From an uncultured Methylomirabilota bacterium (GTDB lineage: Bacteria > Methylomirabilota > Methylomirabilia > Methylomirabilales > 2-02-FULL-66-22), in contig OY970067.1 of NCBI GenBank assembly GCA_963705305.1, positions 640,001-704,000 of the forward strand: a stretch of DNA of 64,000 bases, given 5' to 3'. The position numbers and the translations under genes were made by a program. The stretch's first letter is position 1. The number at the start of each line of letters is the position of its first letter. The notes under the pieces are model-generated. The model had not been told where the DNA came from and did no database searches. It saw only the letters and a program-made list of their open reading frames with translations. This document shows, in pieces, positions 37,164-46,332 of the stretch.

Positions 37164-39068
37164 ATGTCCACCGACCTCTTCTACGTCACCACCCCCATCT
37201 ACTATGTCAACGCGCCGCCCCACTCGGGCCACGCCTACACCACCATCGTGGCCGATACGGTGTCCCGCTACCACCGGCTGGCCGGACGGCGGGTCTTCTT
37301 CTTGACCGGCACGGACGAGCACGGCGACAAGATCGCGCAGGCCGCCGCCAAAGCCAACGAGACGCCCCAGGCGTATGCCGATCGGATCAGCGGCGCCTTC
37401 CGCCAGACCTGGGAGCGGATGGGCCTCCGCTTCGATCAGTTCATCCGCACCACCGAGCCGCGGCACGCCCGGGTCGTGCAGGCCATCCTGCAGAAGATCT
37501 ACGATGCTGGGGACATCTACTTCGGCGAGTACGGGGGGCTGTACTGCGTCGGCTGCGAGCGCTTCTACACCGAGAAGGAGGCGGTGGACGGAAAATGCCC
37601 CGACCACCAGACGGCCCTGGAGTACGTCAAGGAGCAGAACTACTTTTTCCGGATGAGCCAGTACCAGGACTGGCTGATCCGCTACATTCAAGACCACCCC
37701 GGCTTCATCCGACCGGAGCGGTATCGAAACGAGGCGCTGGGATTCCTGCGCGACCCCCTGGAGGACCTGTGCATCTCGCGCCCCCGGTCGCGACTCACCT
37801 GGGGCATCCCGCTGCCCTTCGACGATCGGTACGTCACCTACGTCTGGTTCGACGCCCTCATCAACTACACCAGCGCCCTGGGCTACCCCGACGGGGAGCT
37901 GTTCCGGACTTTCTGGCCGGTGGCGCAGCACCTGATCGCCAAGGACATCCTAAAACCGCATGGCATCTACTGGCCGACGATGCTCCGGGCGGCGGGCATC
38001 CCTCCCTACCAGCACCTGAACGTTCACGGCTACTGGCTGATGGACGAGGCCAAGATGTCCAAGAGCCGCGGGCGAACTCTCTCCCCGATCGAGCTGGCCG
38101 ACAAGTACGGCCTGGACGCCCTGCGCTATTTTCTCCTGCGCGAGATGGTATTCGGCCTGGACGCCAATTTCAGCGAGGAGGCGCTGGTCGGCAGGCTCAA
38201 CGCCGACCTGGCCAACAACCTGGGCAATCTCTTGCAGCGGAGCGTGAGCATGGTGGGCCGCTACCTGGAGGGCCGCGTGCCGCCTGCTGGCGATCCGCTC
38301 GGCGAGGCGGACCGGCGGCTGCGCCAACTCGCCGAGGGCCTCGCGGCGAGGGTGGCCGAAGCCATGGAGGTGTTCGCCTTCCACCGGGCCCTGGAGGCCA
38401 TCTGGTTCCTGCTGGATGCCGCCAACCAGTACATTGATGAGCAGAAGCCGTGGGAACTGGCCAAGCGGGACCGCCAGGCGCTGGCCCGCGTCCTGGGTCA
38501 CACCTGCGAGGCCCTTCGCCTGGTGGGCCTGCACCTGATGCCCTTCATGCCTCCCACCGCTGAGAAGATCTGGGCGCGACTTGGGATCCCACGGCGGGCC
38601 GACGAGGTGCGGCTGGCGGAGGCCGGCCGGTGGGGGGCGGAGCCCCCGGGGCTGGCGGTCCAGGGCGATCCCCTGTTTCCGCGGGCGGAATTCTCGATGG
38701 AGGAGGCGCCCGCCGCGCCCCCGCCCCCGGCCGCCCAGGCGGGCGAGATCACCATCGAGGAGTTCCGGCGCCTGGATTTGAGGGTGGCGCTTGTCCTGGA
38801 GGCCGCGGCGGTTCCCGGTTCCAAGAAACTGGTGCAGCTCCGGGTCTCCACCGGCGCGGAGGAGCGGACGATCGTGGCCGGAATCCTCCTGGACTACCCG
38901 CCGGCCGATCTGGTGGGGAAGCAGATCGTCATCGTGGCCAACCTCAAGCCCTCCAAGCTCATGGGGGTGGAGTCGCGGGGCATGCTGCTGGCCGCCTCGG
39001 GCGCCGACGGCCGGCTGGTGCTGGTGACCCCCGAGCGGCCGGCGACCCCCGGCTCGCCGGTAAAATGA
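37164..39068 (+). CDS. metG: Methionine--tRNA ligase with C-terminal tRNA-binding domain
   Basis: YVTTPIYYVN, HSGH (HIGH variant), TGTDEHG, KMSKS, C-terminal OB domain (NLKP..LMGVESRGM). Confidence 0.97.
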   Translation: MSTDLFYVTTPIYYVNAPPHSGHAYTTIVADTVSRYHRLAGRRVFFLTGTDEHGDKIAQAAAKANETPQAYADRISGAFRQTWERMGLRFDQFIRTTEPRHARVVQAILQKIYDAGDIYFGEYGGLYCVGCERFYTEKEAVDGKCPDHQTALEYVKEQNYFFRMSQYQDWLIRYIQDHPGFIRPERYRNEALGFLRDPLEDLCISRPRSRLTWGIPLPFDDRYVTYVWFDALINYTSALGYPDGELFRTFWPVAQHLIAKDILKPHGIYWPTMLRAAGIPPYQHLNVHGYWLMDEAKMSKSRGRTLSPIELADKYGLDALRYFLLREMVFGLDANFSEEALVGRLNADLANNLGNLLQRSVSMVGRYLEGRVPPAGDPLGEADRRLRQLAEGLAARVAEAMEVFAFHRALEAIWFLLDAANQYIDEQKPWELAKRDRQALARVLGHTCEALRLVGLHLMPFMPPTAEKIWARLGIPRRADEVRLAEAGRWGAEPPGLAVQGDPLFPRAEFSMEEAPAAPPPPAAQAGEITIEEFRRLDLRVALVLEAAAVPGSKKLVQLRVSTGAEERTIVAGILLDYPPADLVGKQIVIVANLKPSKLMGVESRGMLLAASGADGRLVLVTPERPATPGSPVK

Positions 39069-39137
39069 GAATGGCGCATCGCCGCCTCCCCCGACCCCGG
39101 CTGCGCGTCCGGCCGGCACACAGGAAGCGAGGAGCCA

Positions 39138-40217
39138 ATGAGTGATCCGTCGTACGCCGCATCGGGCGTCAACACGCTGAAGGAGGAGGCGGCGCTGGCC
39201 GGTCTGCTGCGCTGGGTCGGCAGGACGCTGGAGTTCGGACGCCATCGCTCGGCCCTGGACTTCGGTTACTTTGCCACCGTGCTCGACCTCGGCAACAACC
39301 TGGGCCTGGCCCTGTCCACCGACGGGGTCGGCACCAAACTCCTGGTGGCCGAGATGCTGGATCGGTACGATACCGTCGGCATCGACTGCGTGGCCATGAA
39401 CGTCAACGACCTCTTGTGCGTCGGCGCCGAGCCCCTCTGCATGCTCGACTACATCGCCGTCCAGGAGGCCGATCCCGCCATGCTGGAGGCCATCGGCAAG
39501 GGCCTCTACGAGGGGGCGCGACGGGCCAACATCTCCATCCCCGGCGGCGAGATCGCCCAGGTCCGAGAACTGATCCAGGGGGTGCGCGAGGGCCGCGGCT
39601 TCGACCTGGCCGGGGCCTGCGTCGGCCTGGTGGCCATGGACCGCATCATCGTCGGACAGGATATCCGGCCGGGCGACGCCGTCATCGGACTTCGGTCCAG
39701 CGGGATTCACAGCAACGGGCTGACGCTGGCCCGCGACGTCTTTTTCGGGCGGGCCAAGTACCGCCCCGACCAGTACGTCGAGGAGTTCGGCCGCACCCTG
39801 GGCGAGGAGCTCCTGGAGCCCACCCGGATCTACGTCCGGGAGGTGTTGGAGCTCTCCCGCTCCGGCATCGAGATCAAGGCCATGGCCCATATCACCAGCG
39901 ACGGCCTCACCAACCTGCTGCGGGTGCAGTCCCCTATCGGCTACGTCCTGGATTTCCTCCCGGCCCCCCAGCCCGTCTTCTCTCTCCTGCAACGGCTGGG
40001 CGGGGTCAGCGATGAAGAGATGTTTCAGGTCTACAACATGGGGATCGGTTTTTGCCTGGTCGTCCCTGCGGCCGATGCCGACCGGACCCTGGAGGCCTGC
40101 CGGCACCTGGCCCTGGAGGCCTATCGCCTGGGCCAGGCCGTGGCCGACCCGGCCCACTCCGTCCGACTGCCCAACGGCTTGGTGGGACACGGCAACACCT
40201 TCCGCCGTGCCGGATGA
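39138..40217 (+). CDS. purM: Phosphoribosylformylglycinamidine cyclo-ligase
   Basis: YAASGV, TDGVGTK, AMNVND, GGE.A, SSGIHSNG, YNMGIG motifs. Confidence 0.95.
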   Translation: MSDPSYAASGVNTLKEEAALAGLLRWVGRTLEFGRHRSALDFGYFATVLDLGNNLGLALSTDGVGTKLLVAEMLDRYDTVGIDCVAMNVNDLLCVGAEPLCMLDYIAVQEADPAMLEAIGKGLYEGARRANISIPGGEIAQVRELIQGVREGRGFDLAGACVGLVAMDRIIVGQDIRPGDAVIGLRSSGIHSNGLTLARDVFFGRAKYRPDQYVEEFGRTLGEELLEPTRIYVREVLELSRSGIEIKAMAHITSDGLTNLLRVQSPIGYVLDFLPAPQPVFSLLQRLGGVSDEEMFQVYNMGIGFCLVVPAADADRTLEACRHLALEAYRLGQAVADPAHSVRLPNGLVGHGNTFRRAG

Positions 40218-40234
40218 CTTGAGAGAGCCTGCGC

Positions 40235-40342
40235 ATGTCCGACCGGCATGACATCCTGCTGAAGCACGGCACGGTGATCGACCCCGCCAATGCGCAGGAG
40301 GGGCTGACCGCTCAAACGGCCGTCCGGCGATGCCATTCATAG
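40235..40342 (+). pseudogene. 5' remnant of an amidohydrolase/dihydroorotase-like gene
   Basis: MSDRHDILLKHGTVIDPANAQEG matches the typical amidohydrolase N-terminal beta strand; stop after 35 aa. Confidence 0.6.
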
Positions 40343-40406
40343 GGAGACCTCGGATCCAGTCGACGTTCGTTTTCATGCGGCCGCTCGGCCGGAAAGGAGC
40401 CGGAGG

Positions 40407-41702
40407 GTGACTCTCAAGATCATTGCTGCGGTGGTGACGGTCCTGACGTTCGGCGCCATCGTGCGGAAGGCGGAGGTGCGTCTGGCCCTGCTCACCGGGG
40501 GCCTGGTCATGGCCCTGATCTCCCTGAAGCCGCAAGCTTTTTTCGACGCCTTCATGAGCAGCATGACCATAGCGGGCCTGATCAGCGTCATCCTTCCCGT
40601 GATGGGCTTTGCCGCGGTGATGGAGCTGACGGGCTGCAACAGCCACCTGGTCAGGCTGCTGACCCAACCGCTCCTCAAGATCCAGATGATCGTGATCCCC
40701 GGGGCCATGCTGGTCACCTTTGTGATCAACATGGCCATCCCCAGCGCGGCCGGCTGCACCGCCGCCGTAGGCGTCATCCTGATCCCGGCCATGATGGCCG
40801 CCGGCATCCATCCCGCCATGGCGGCCGCCGCGGTGTTCGGGGGCACCTGGGGTTCGGTCTGGAGCCCCGGCTCTCCCCACCCGGCCATGATCGCCAAGAT
40901 CGCCAATACCTCGGTCATCAACGTCATTCTGGCTCACAAGACCGCTTCGATCCTGGCTGCCCTCCTGGTGGCTGTCCTGCTGTTCATCGAGGCGCGCCTC
41001 TTCCGGCAGGATCGGGACTGGACCCGCGAGAAGGCCGGCGCCAGCCTGAGCGAATCCCCGGCCGGGACCCGCGCCGCTGCCGCGAAGGTCAGCGTGGTGC
41101 GGGCTCTCATTCCCATGGTCCCGCTGGCCCTCCTGATCCTCACCGCGCCGCAATTGGGCCTGACGCCCAAGCTCTATCCCAAGGGCATGTCGGTCCTGGA
41201 GTCGATGCTCCTGGGAAGCGCGCTGGGCATGCTGGTGACCTGGACCAGCCCCACCAAGTCGCTCATCGAATTCTTTGACGCCATGGGCCGGGCCTACAGC
41301 TTCGTGATCGGGATCATCATCGCGGCTGGCGTCTTCATTGGCGGTCTCAATGCGGCGGGTGTGATCGACGCCTTGATCGAGGGTCTGAAGGCCTCCAAGT
41401 CCGCCGTGCCGTTTCTGGCCACCTTCGGGCCCATGCTGGTTGCGTTCCTGAGCGGATCGGGCGATGCCGCCACGATCGCGTTCAACACCGCCGTCACACC
41501 CCATGCCGCGCAGTTCGGCATCGGCCCGGTGGACCTGGGCAACCTGGCATGGATCGGCGGGGCCCTGGGGCGGAGCATGTCGCCCGTGGCGGCCGCCGGC
41601 ATCATCGCCGCCGGCTTCGCCGGGGTGAACCCCTTCGAGTTGGCCAAGCGCAATGCCATTCCTATGCTGGCGGCCGCCGTCGCGGTCATGCTGATCCTGT
41701 AG
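40407..41702 (+). CDS. dcuC: DcuC/DcuD family C4-dicarboxylate-type transporter
   Basis: Multi-TM; MGFAAVM, IPSAAG, SGSGDA, GR.MSPVAAA motifs. Confidence 0.85.
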   Translation: MTLKIIAAVVTVLTFGAIVRKAEVRLALLTGGLVMALISLKPQAFFDAFMSSMTIAGLISVILPVMGFAAVMELTGCNSHLVRLLTQPLLKIQMIVIPGAMLVTFVINMAIPSAAGCTAAVGVILIPAMMAAGIHPAMAAAAVFGGTWGSVWSPGSPHPAMIAKIANTSVINVILAHKTASILAALLVAVLLFIEARLFRQDRDWTREKAGASLSESPAGTRAAAAKVSVVRALIPMVPLALLILTAPQLGLTPKLYPKGMSVLESMLLGSALGMLVTWTSPTKSLIEFFDAMGRAYSFVIGIIIAAGVFIGGLNAAGVIDALIEGLKASKSAVPFLATFGPMLVAFLSGSGDAATIAFNTAVTPHAAQFGIGPVDLGNLAWIGGALGRSMSPVAAAGIIAAGFAGVNPFELAKRNAIPMLAAAVAVMLIL

Positions 41703-41766
41703 GGGCGCACCGGCCCCCGGCCACAAGGACGGACCGGCCGGAGCGGGGAAAGAGGAGGAAGGCCAT

Positions 41767-42927
41767 ATGGATATGACCACTCTGATGCGGGATGCGGCGG
41801 TGGCGAAGGCCCTGGCCTGGATTGACGCCCACGCCGCAGGGATTGCAGAGGAGACCGTCCGGATCTGCGAGATTCCGGCGCCCACCTTCGATGAAGGAGA
41901 CCGCGCCGCCTACGTCCGCGGCCGGTTCGAGCAGTTGGGCCTGCAGGATGTCGCCATCGACGCGGGCGGCAACGCGCGCGGGCGGCGTCCCGGCACCGGC
42001 GGCGGGCCGGGTTTGGCCATGGCGGCGCACCTGGATACGGTGTTTCCGCGCGGCACCGACGTGAAAGTCAAGCGGCAAGGGAGCCGCCTGGCCGCCCCGG
42101 GCATCGGCGACAACAGCGTGGCCATCGCCAGCCTGCTGGCCATGGTCGAGGCCCTGAATGCCGGAGGAGTGCAGACGGCGGGCGATCTCTACCTCGCCTC
42201 CAACACCGGCGAAGAGGGGTTGGGCGACCTGAAGGGGATGAAGGCCTTCATGGCCGACGTCAAGGACAGGGTGGCGGCCGCCGTGGCCGTGGAGGGGATG
42301 AAGCTGAATCGCCTCATCCACGTCGCCGTGGGCAGCCGCCGCTACAAGATCACCTTCACCGCGCGCGGGGGCCACAGCTGGGGTCACTTCCCTTCCCCCA
42401 GCGCCATTCACCTCATGGGACGCGCCATCGCGGACATCTCGCGGCTGGAGGTGCCCACCGATCCCAAGACGACCTACAACGTCGGGGTCGTCCAGGGCGG
42501 GACGACGGTGAACACCATCGCCGCCGAGGCCGATATGCTGGTGGACATGCGCTCAGTCGACAAGCGGTCGCTGGCGAATCTGGAGACCCGGATCCTGGCC
42601 ATCGTCGAGAAGGCCGCCAGGGAGGGGGACGGGCGGGTCAAGCTGGAGTTGGTGGGGGATCGGCCGGCCGGCTCCATCCCCGGCGATCACCCGCTGGTCC
42701 AGACCTGCCGGGCGATCCACCAGGCCCTCGGCCTGGCAACGTTCACGGAAGCCTCCAGCACCGACGCCAATGTCCCCTTGGGAATCGGCATGCCCGGCGT
42801 CTGCATCTCCATTACCGAGGGGGCCAACGAGCACCGGCTGGACGAGTACATTGAAACGGGTCCCATCCCGGTCGGCGCGAAGAACATCCTGCTAGCGGCC
42901 GTCGCCCTGACACGCGCCGGTCGCTAG
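41767..42927 (+). CDS. M20/M25/M40 family metallopeptidase/amidohydrolase
   Basis: AHLDTVF, GIGDN, GEEGLG, GGHSW, STDAN, EH motifs. Confidence 0.88.
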   Translation: MDMTTLMRDAAVAKALAWIDAHAAGIAEETVRICEIPAPTFDEGDRAAYVRGRFEQLGLQDVAIDAGGNARGRRPGTGGGPGLAMAAHLDTVFPRGTDVKVKRQGSRLAAPGIGDNSVAIASLLAMVEALNAGGVQTAGDLYLASNTGEEGLGDLKGMKAFMADVKDRVAAAVAVEGMKLNRLIHVAVGSRRYKITFTARGGHSWGHFPSPSAIHLMGRAIADISRLEVPTDPKTTYNVGVVQGGTTVNTIAAEADMLVDMRSVDKRSLANLETRILAIVEKAAREGDGRVKLELVGDRPAGSIPGDHPLVQTCRAIHQALGLATFTEASSTDANVPLGIGMPGVCISITEGANEHRLDEYIETGPIPVGAKNILLAAVALTRAGR

Positions 42928-42999
42928 CATTGGAGCGACGCCGGGGGGCGCCGGGCCCCCGGGCGTCCAGTGATAACCCCCAGCGAATGGATCGAGGCC

Positions 43000-44337
43000 A
43001 TGACAGACACCTGGGAAGAGACCGCCGGAAAGTTCCACCCCGCCAGCGCGCCGGACTACGTGCCGGTGCGGCAGATGCGCGACCTCCAGCTGGCCCGGCT
43101 CCAGGCCATCGTGCGCCGCGCCTATGCCAATGTAGAGTTGTTCCGCGCCCGCATGGACGAACGCGGGCTTCGCCCGGAGGACATTCGGAACCTGGCCGAT
43201 ATCGCGCACCTACCCTTCACGGTGAAGGCCGACCTGCGGGACACCTATCCGTTCGGGCTCTTCGCCAGCCCGATGCACGAGGTGGTCCGGCTGCACGCCT
43301 CCAGCGGTACCACGGGAAAGCCCATCGTGGTGGCCTACACGCAGGAGGATGTGTACGTCTGGTCCAGCGTGATGGTGCGCACCCTCGCCGCCTGCGGGCT
43401 CAGCCGCGGCGACATCATTCAGAACGCCTACGGGTACGGGCTCTTCACGGGAGGGCTGGGGGCGCACTACGGGGCGGAGGCGCTGGGCGCCACCGTCATC
43501 CCCATCTCCGGCGGCAACGCCGACCGGCAGATCATGGTGATGAAGGACTTCAAGGTCACGGCCATCTGCTGCACCCCCAGCTACTTCCTCCACCTGATAG
43601 AGCGCGCCGGCGAGCTGGGGGTGGATGTCCGCGCGCTGCCCCTGCGGGCGGGGGTCTTCGGGGCGGAGCCGTGGAGCGAATCCATGCGCCGCCACATCGA
43701 GGCCGCCGGGGGGATCAAGGCCTACGACATCTACGGCCTCTCGGAGATCATCGGGCCGGGGGTGGCCTCCGAGTGCGCCGAGCAGAGCGGCCTGCACGTC
43801 TTCGAGGATCACTTCTACCCCGAGATCATCGACCCCCACAGCGGCAAGCCGGTGCCCGACGGCACGGAGGGCGAACTGGTTCTGACCACGCTCAGCAAGC
43901 ACGCCATGCCCATGATCCGGTATCGGACCCGGGACATCAGCACCATGATTCCGGAGCCCTGCGCGTGTGGCCGCACCATCCGCCGGGTCAGGCGCATCAC
44001 CCGGCGCAGCGATGACATGTTCATCATCCGCGGCATCAACGTCTTTCCGTCACAAATCGAATCCGCCCTGCTGGCCGTGGAAGGCACCCTCCCCCACTAC
44101 CAGATCGTCTTGACGCGGGAGAAGGGACTGGACGAGATGGAGGTGCAGATCGAGGTCACCCCGGAGGTCTTCAGCGACAAGGTGGGGGCGCTGGAGCAGC
44201 TGCATCAGGCCCTGGCCCACGCTCTGTTCCAGACCCTCGGGATCCGGAGCGGCGTTCGGCTTGCGGCCCCTCACACCATCGCGCGCAGCGAGGGCAAGGC
44301 CAAGCGGGTAATCGATCAGCGCAACCTCGGTCAATAG
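43000..44337 (+). CDS. paaK: Phenylacetate--CoA ligase family protein
   Basis: HASSGTTGKP, YGYGLFTGGLG, GAEPWS, DIYGLSE, RYRTRD, RSDDM..IRG.NVFP motifs. Confidence 0.92.
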   Translation: MTDTWEETAGKFHPASAPDYVPVRQMRDLQLARLQAIVRRAYANVELFRARMDERGLRPEDIRNLADIAHLPFTVKADLRDTYPFGLFASPMHEVVRLHASSGTTGKPIVVAYTQEDVYVWSSVMVRTLAACGLSRGDIIQNAYGYGLFTGGLGAHYGAEALGATVIPISGGNADRQIMVMKDFKVTAICCTPSYFLHLIERAGELGVDVRALPLRAGVFGAEPWSESMRRHIEAAGGIKAYDIYGLSEIIGPGVASECAEQSGLHVFEDHFYPEIIDPHSGKPVPDGTEGELVLTTLSKHAMPMIRYRTRDISTMIPEPCACGRTIRRVRRITRRSDDMFIIRGINVFPSQIESALLAVEGTLPHYQIVLTREKGLDEMEVQIEVTPEVFSDKVGALEQLHQALAHALFQTLGIRSGVRLAAPHTIARSEGKAKRVIDQRNLGQ

Positions 44338-44513
44338 GCCCATGTCCAAGACGCAGCTTCCCGCGTGATCTTGGGGGGATCCAGGGTCCTCCCGCCCCAT
44401 GCGGCTGGGGTCGGGTGAGTGACGGACAAGGGCCAAACGGTCACTGAGCCCCGGGCACCCCGCGGGCGGGGCTCTTCCAGCCGGGCGATCCACGCTCGGG
44501 AAACGGAGCCGAC

Positions 44514-44954
44514 ATGAAGATACACCAGCTTTCCCTGTTTCTGGAGAACAAGCCGGACCAGATGATCGGTCCCTGCCTGGCGCTGGCGCGATCCGGCATC
44601 AACATCCGGACCTTGACCCTGGCGGACACCAAGCAGTTCGGCATCCTCCGCCTGATCGTGTCCGATTGGCAGAGGGCACAGCAGGTCCTTCGGGACGCCG
44701 GCTACGTCGTGAACGTCACCGAGGTCGTGGCGGTGGAGGTCTCCGATCGGCCCGGCGGCCTGGCCCAAGTGCTGGAGGCGTTCGAGCAGTGCAACGTCAA
44801 CATCGAGTACATGTACGCGTTCACCTTTGGGCGCGAAGACAAGGCGGTCCTGATCTTTCGCTTCGACAAGCCGGATGCCGCCATCCAGCGCCTTCAGGCC
44901 GCCGGGATCAACGTGGTGGCCAGCACCGATGTGTACCAGGGCATCGTGGGCTGA
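44514..44954 (+). CDS. Tandem ACT domain protein
   Basis: QLSLFLENKP, FGILRLIV, DRPGGL, NIEYMYAF; a common paaK neighbour. Confidence 0.9.
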   Translation: MKIHQLSLFLENKPDQMIGPCLALARSGINIRTLTLADTKQFGILRLIVSDWQRAQQVLRDAGYVVNVTEVVAVEVSDRPGGLAQVLEAFEQCNVNIEYMYAFTFGREDKAVLIFRFDKPDAAIQRLQAAGINVVASTDVYQGIVG

Positions 44955-45160
44955 GGAAATTCCGCGGGCATCAGACGGGCGGAGAAGGAGAGGGCCCGCT
45001 GCAGCCGAATTCTCCTGGCATGGCAGACATTGCCGGCTCCTGATGCCTTCGAGACTTGACCTCGTCTCCGACTTCTTGCTACTGTGCCCTGGCTGACGTG
45101 TGATCCGGGCTCACCGACTCTCGCGGATATCGGGCCCCCGGGTATGGAGAGGCTTCCGGC

Positions 45161-46276
45161 ATGCTGGACACCGGCCGCTTCATCGCCAAGCTACAGGATG
45201 CCCTGGAATTCGCCGCCGCCCAGGTCAAAGCGATCGTCGAGCGCTATCCGGATCTCTCCCCCATGTATACCCGCCAGGGGCGATGGAAGCACGAGGGGGA
45301 GACCTGGACCCACTGGTGCGACGGCTTCCTGCCGGGCATGCTCTGGCTGATCCACATCCACACAGGCGAGCCATGGTTTCGCGAGCAGGCGGAGCGCTAT
45401 TCCCGCCCCCTGGAGCCCAGGCAACACGACCGGGACGTGCACGATCTCGGCTTCATCTTCATGTCCACGTACCATCACTGGTACCGCCTCACGCATGATC
45501 CGGCCCTGCGCGACGTCCTCATCCAGGCGGGCCGGACCATGGGATTGCGCTTCCAGCCGGCAGGCAGATACCTGTCCTCGTTCATCGGGCCCCAGTCGCT
45601 CTTCATCGACATCATGATGAATGTGGGCATCGTCTTCTACGCGGCGCGCGAGACCCAGGACGCCGCCCTCCGAGAGACCGCCATGGATCACTGCCTGACG
45701 ACCCGCCGGGTGCTGGTCCGCGGAGACGGCTCGACCGCCCACGAGGGAATTTTCGAGCTGAGCACGGGGGAGTTCCTTCGCCAGAGCACGCATCAGGGCC
45801 TGCGGGGCGACTCGACCTGGTCGCGCGGCTTGACCTGGTCCCTGTACGGATTCGGTACCGCGTACCGGTACAGCCGCGACCGCCGGTTCCTCGAAACCGC
45901 GGAGATGAACGCGGATTTTTACCTCGACCAGACCCCACCCCACGGCGTCCCCCCCTGGGATTACGACGCCGCTGCGGCGCAGGGAGGCCAGGTGGACAGC
46001 AGTGCGGCGGCGATCGCGGCGTCCGGCCTCCTCGACCTTGCCTCCTTCACGGCCTCGCGGGCCAAGACGCGCCTCTATCGCGACATGGCACTCCAGATCC
46101 TGGACACGTTGACGGAGGAGGAGTACTTGGCGCAGAGCGCCCCCGGGTGGGAAGGCATCCTCAAGCATGGGGTCTACCACACCCGGAAAGGTCTGGGGGT
46201 CGACGAGTCGGTGGTGTGGGGTGATTACTTCTTCGTGGAGGCGCTGACCAAGGCCCTGGCCCTGCTCGGCGCGTGA
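45161..46276 (+). CDS. Glycoside hydrolase family 88 (unsaturated glucuronyl hydrolase)
   Basis: WCDGFLPG.LW, HDLGF, IDIMMN, WSRG, DSSAAAI, WGDYFFVEAL motifs. Confidence 0.9.
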   Translation: MLDTGRFIAKLQDALEFAAAQVKAIVERYPDLSPMYTRQGRWKHEGETWTHWCDGFLPGMLWLIHIHTGEPWFREQAERYSRPLEPRQHDRDVHDLGFIFMSTYHHWYRLTHDPALRDVLIQAGRTMGLRFQPAGRYLSSFIGPQSLFIDIMMNVGIVFYAARETQDAALRETAMDHCLTTRRVLVRGDGSTAHEGIFELSTGEFLRQSTHQGLRGDSTWSRGLTWSLYGFGTAYRYSRDRRFLETAEMNADFYLDQTPPHGVPPWDYDAAAAQGGQVDSSAAAIAASGLLDLASFTASRAKTRLYRDMALQILDTLTEEEYLAQSAPGWEGILKHGVYHTRKGLGVDESVVWGDYFFVEALTKALALLGA

Positions 46277-46332
46277 TGGAGAGGATGTGATCCGCAGGCG
46301 AAGGAGTCCGCCCCGGGGAGAAGAGAACCGAC

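Noticed and set aside
37950..41885. 1311-aa minus-strand ORF
   Set aside because: Antisense shadow of metG, purM and dcuC; expected with high GC3 and has no recognisable motifs.
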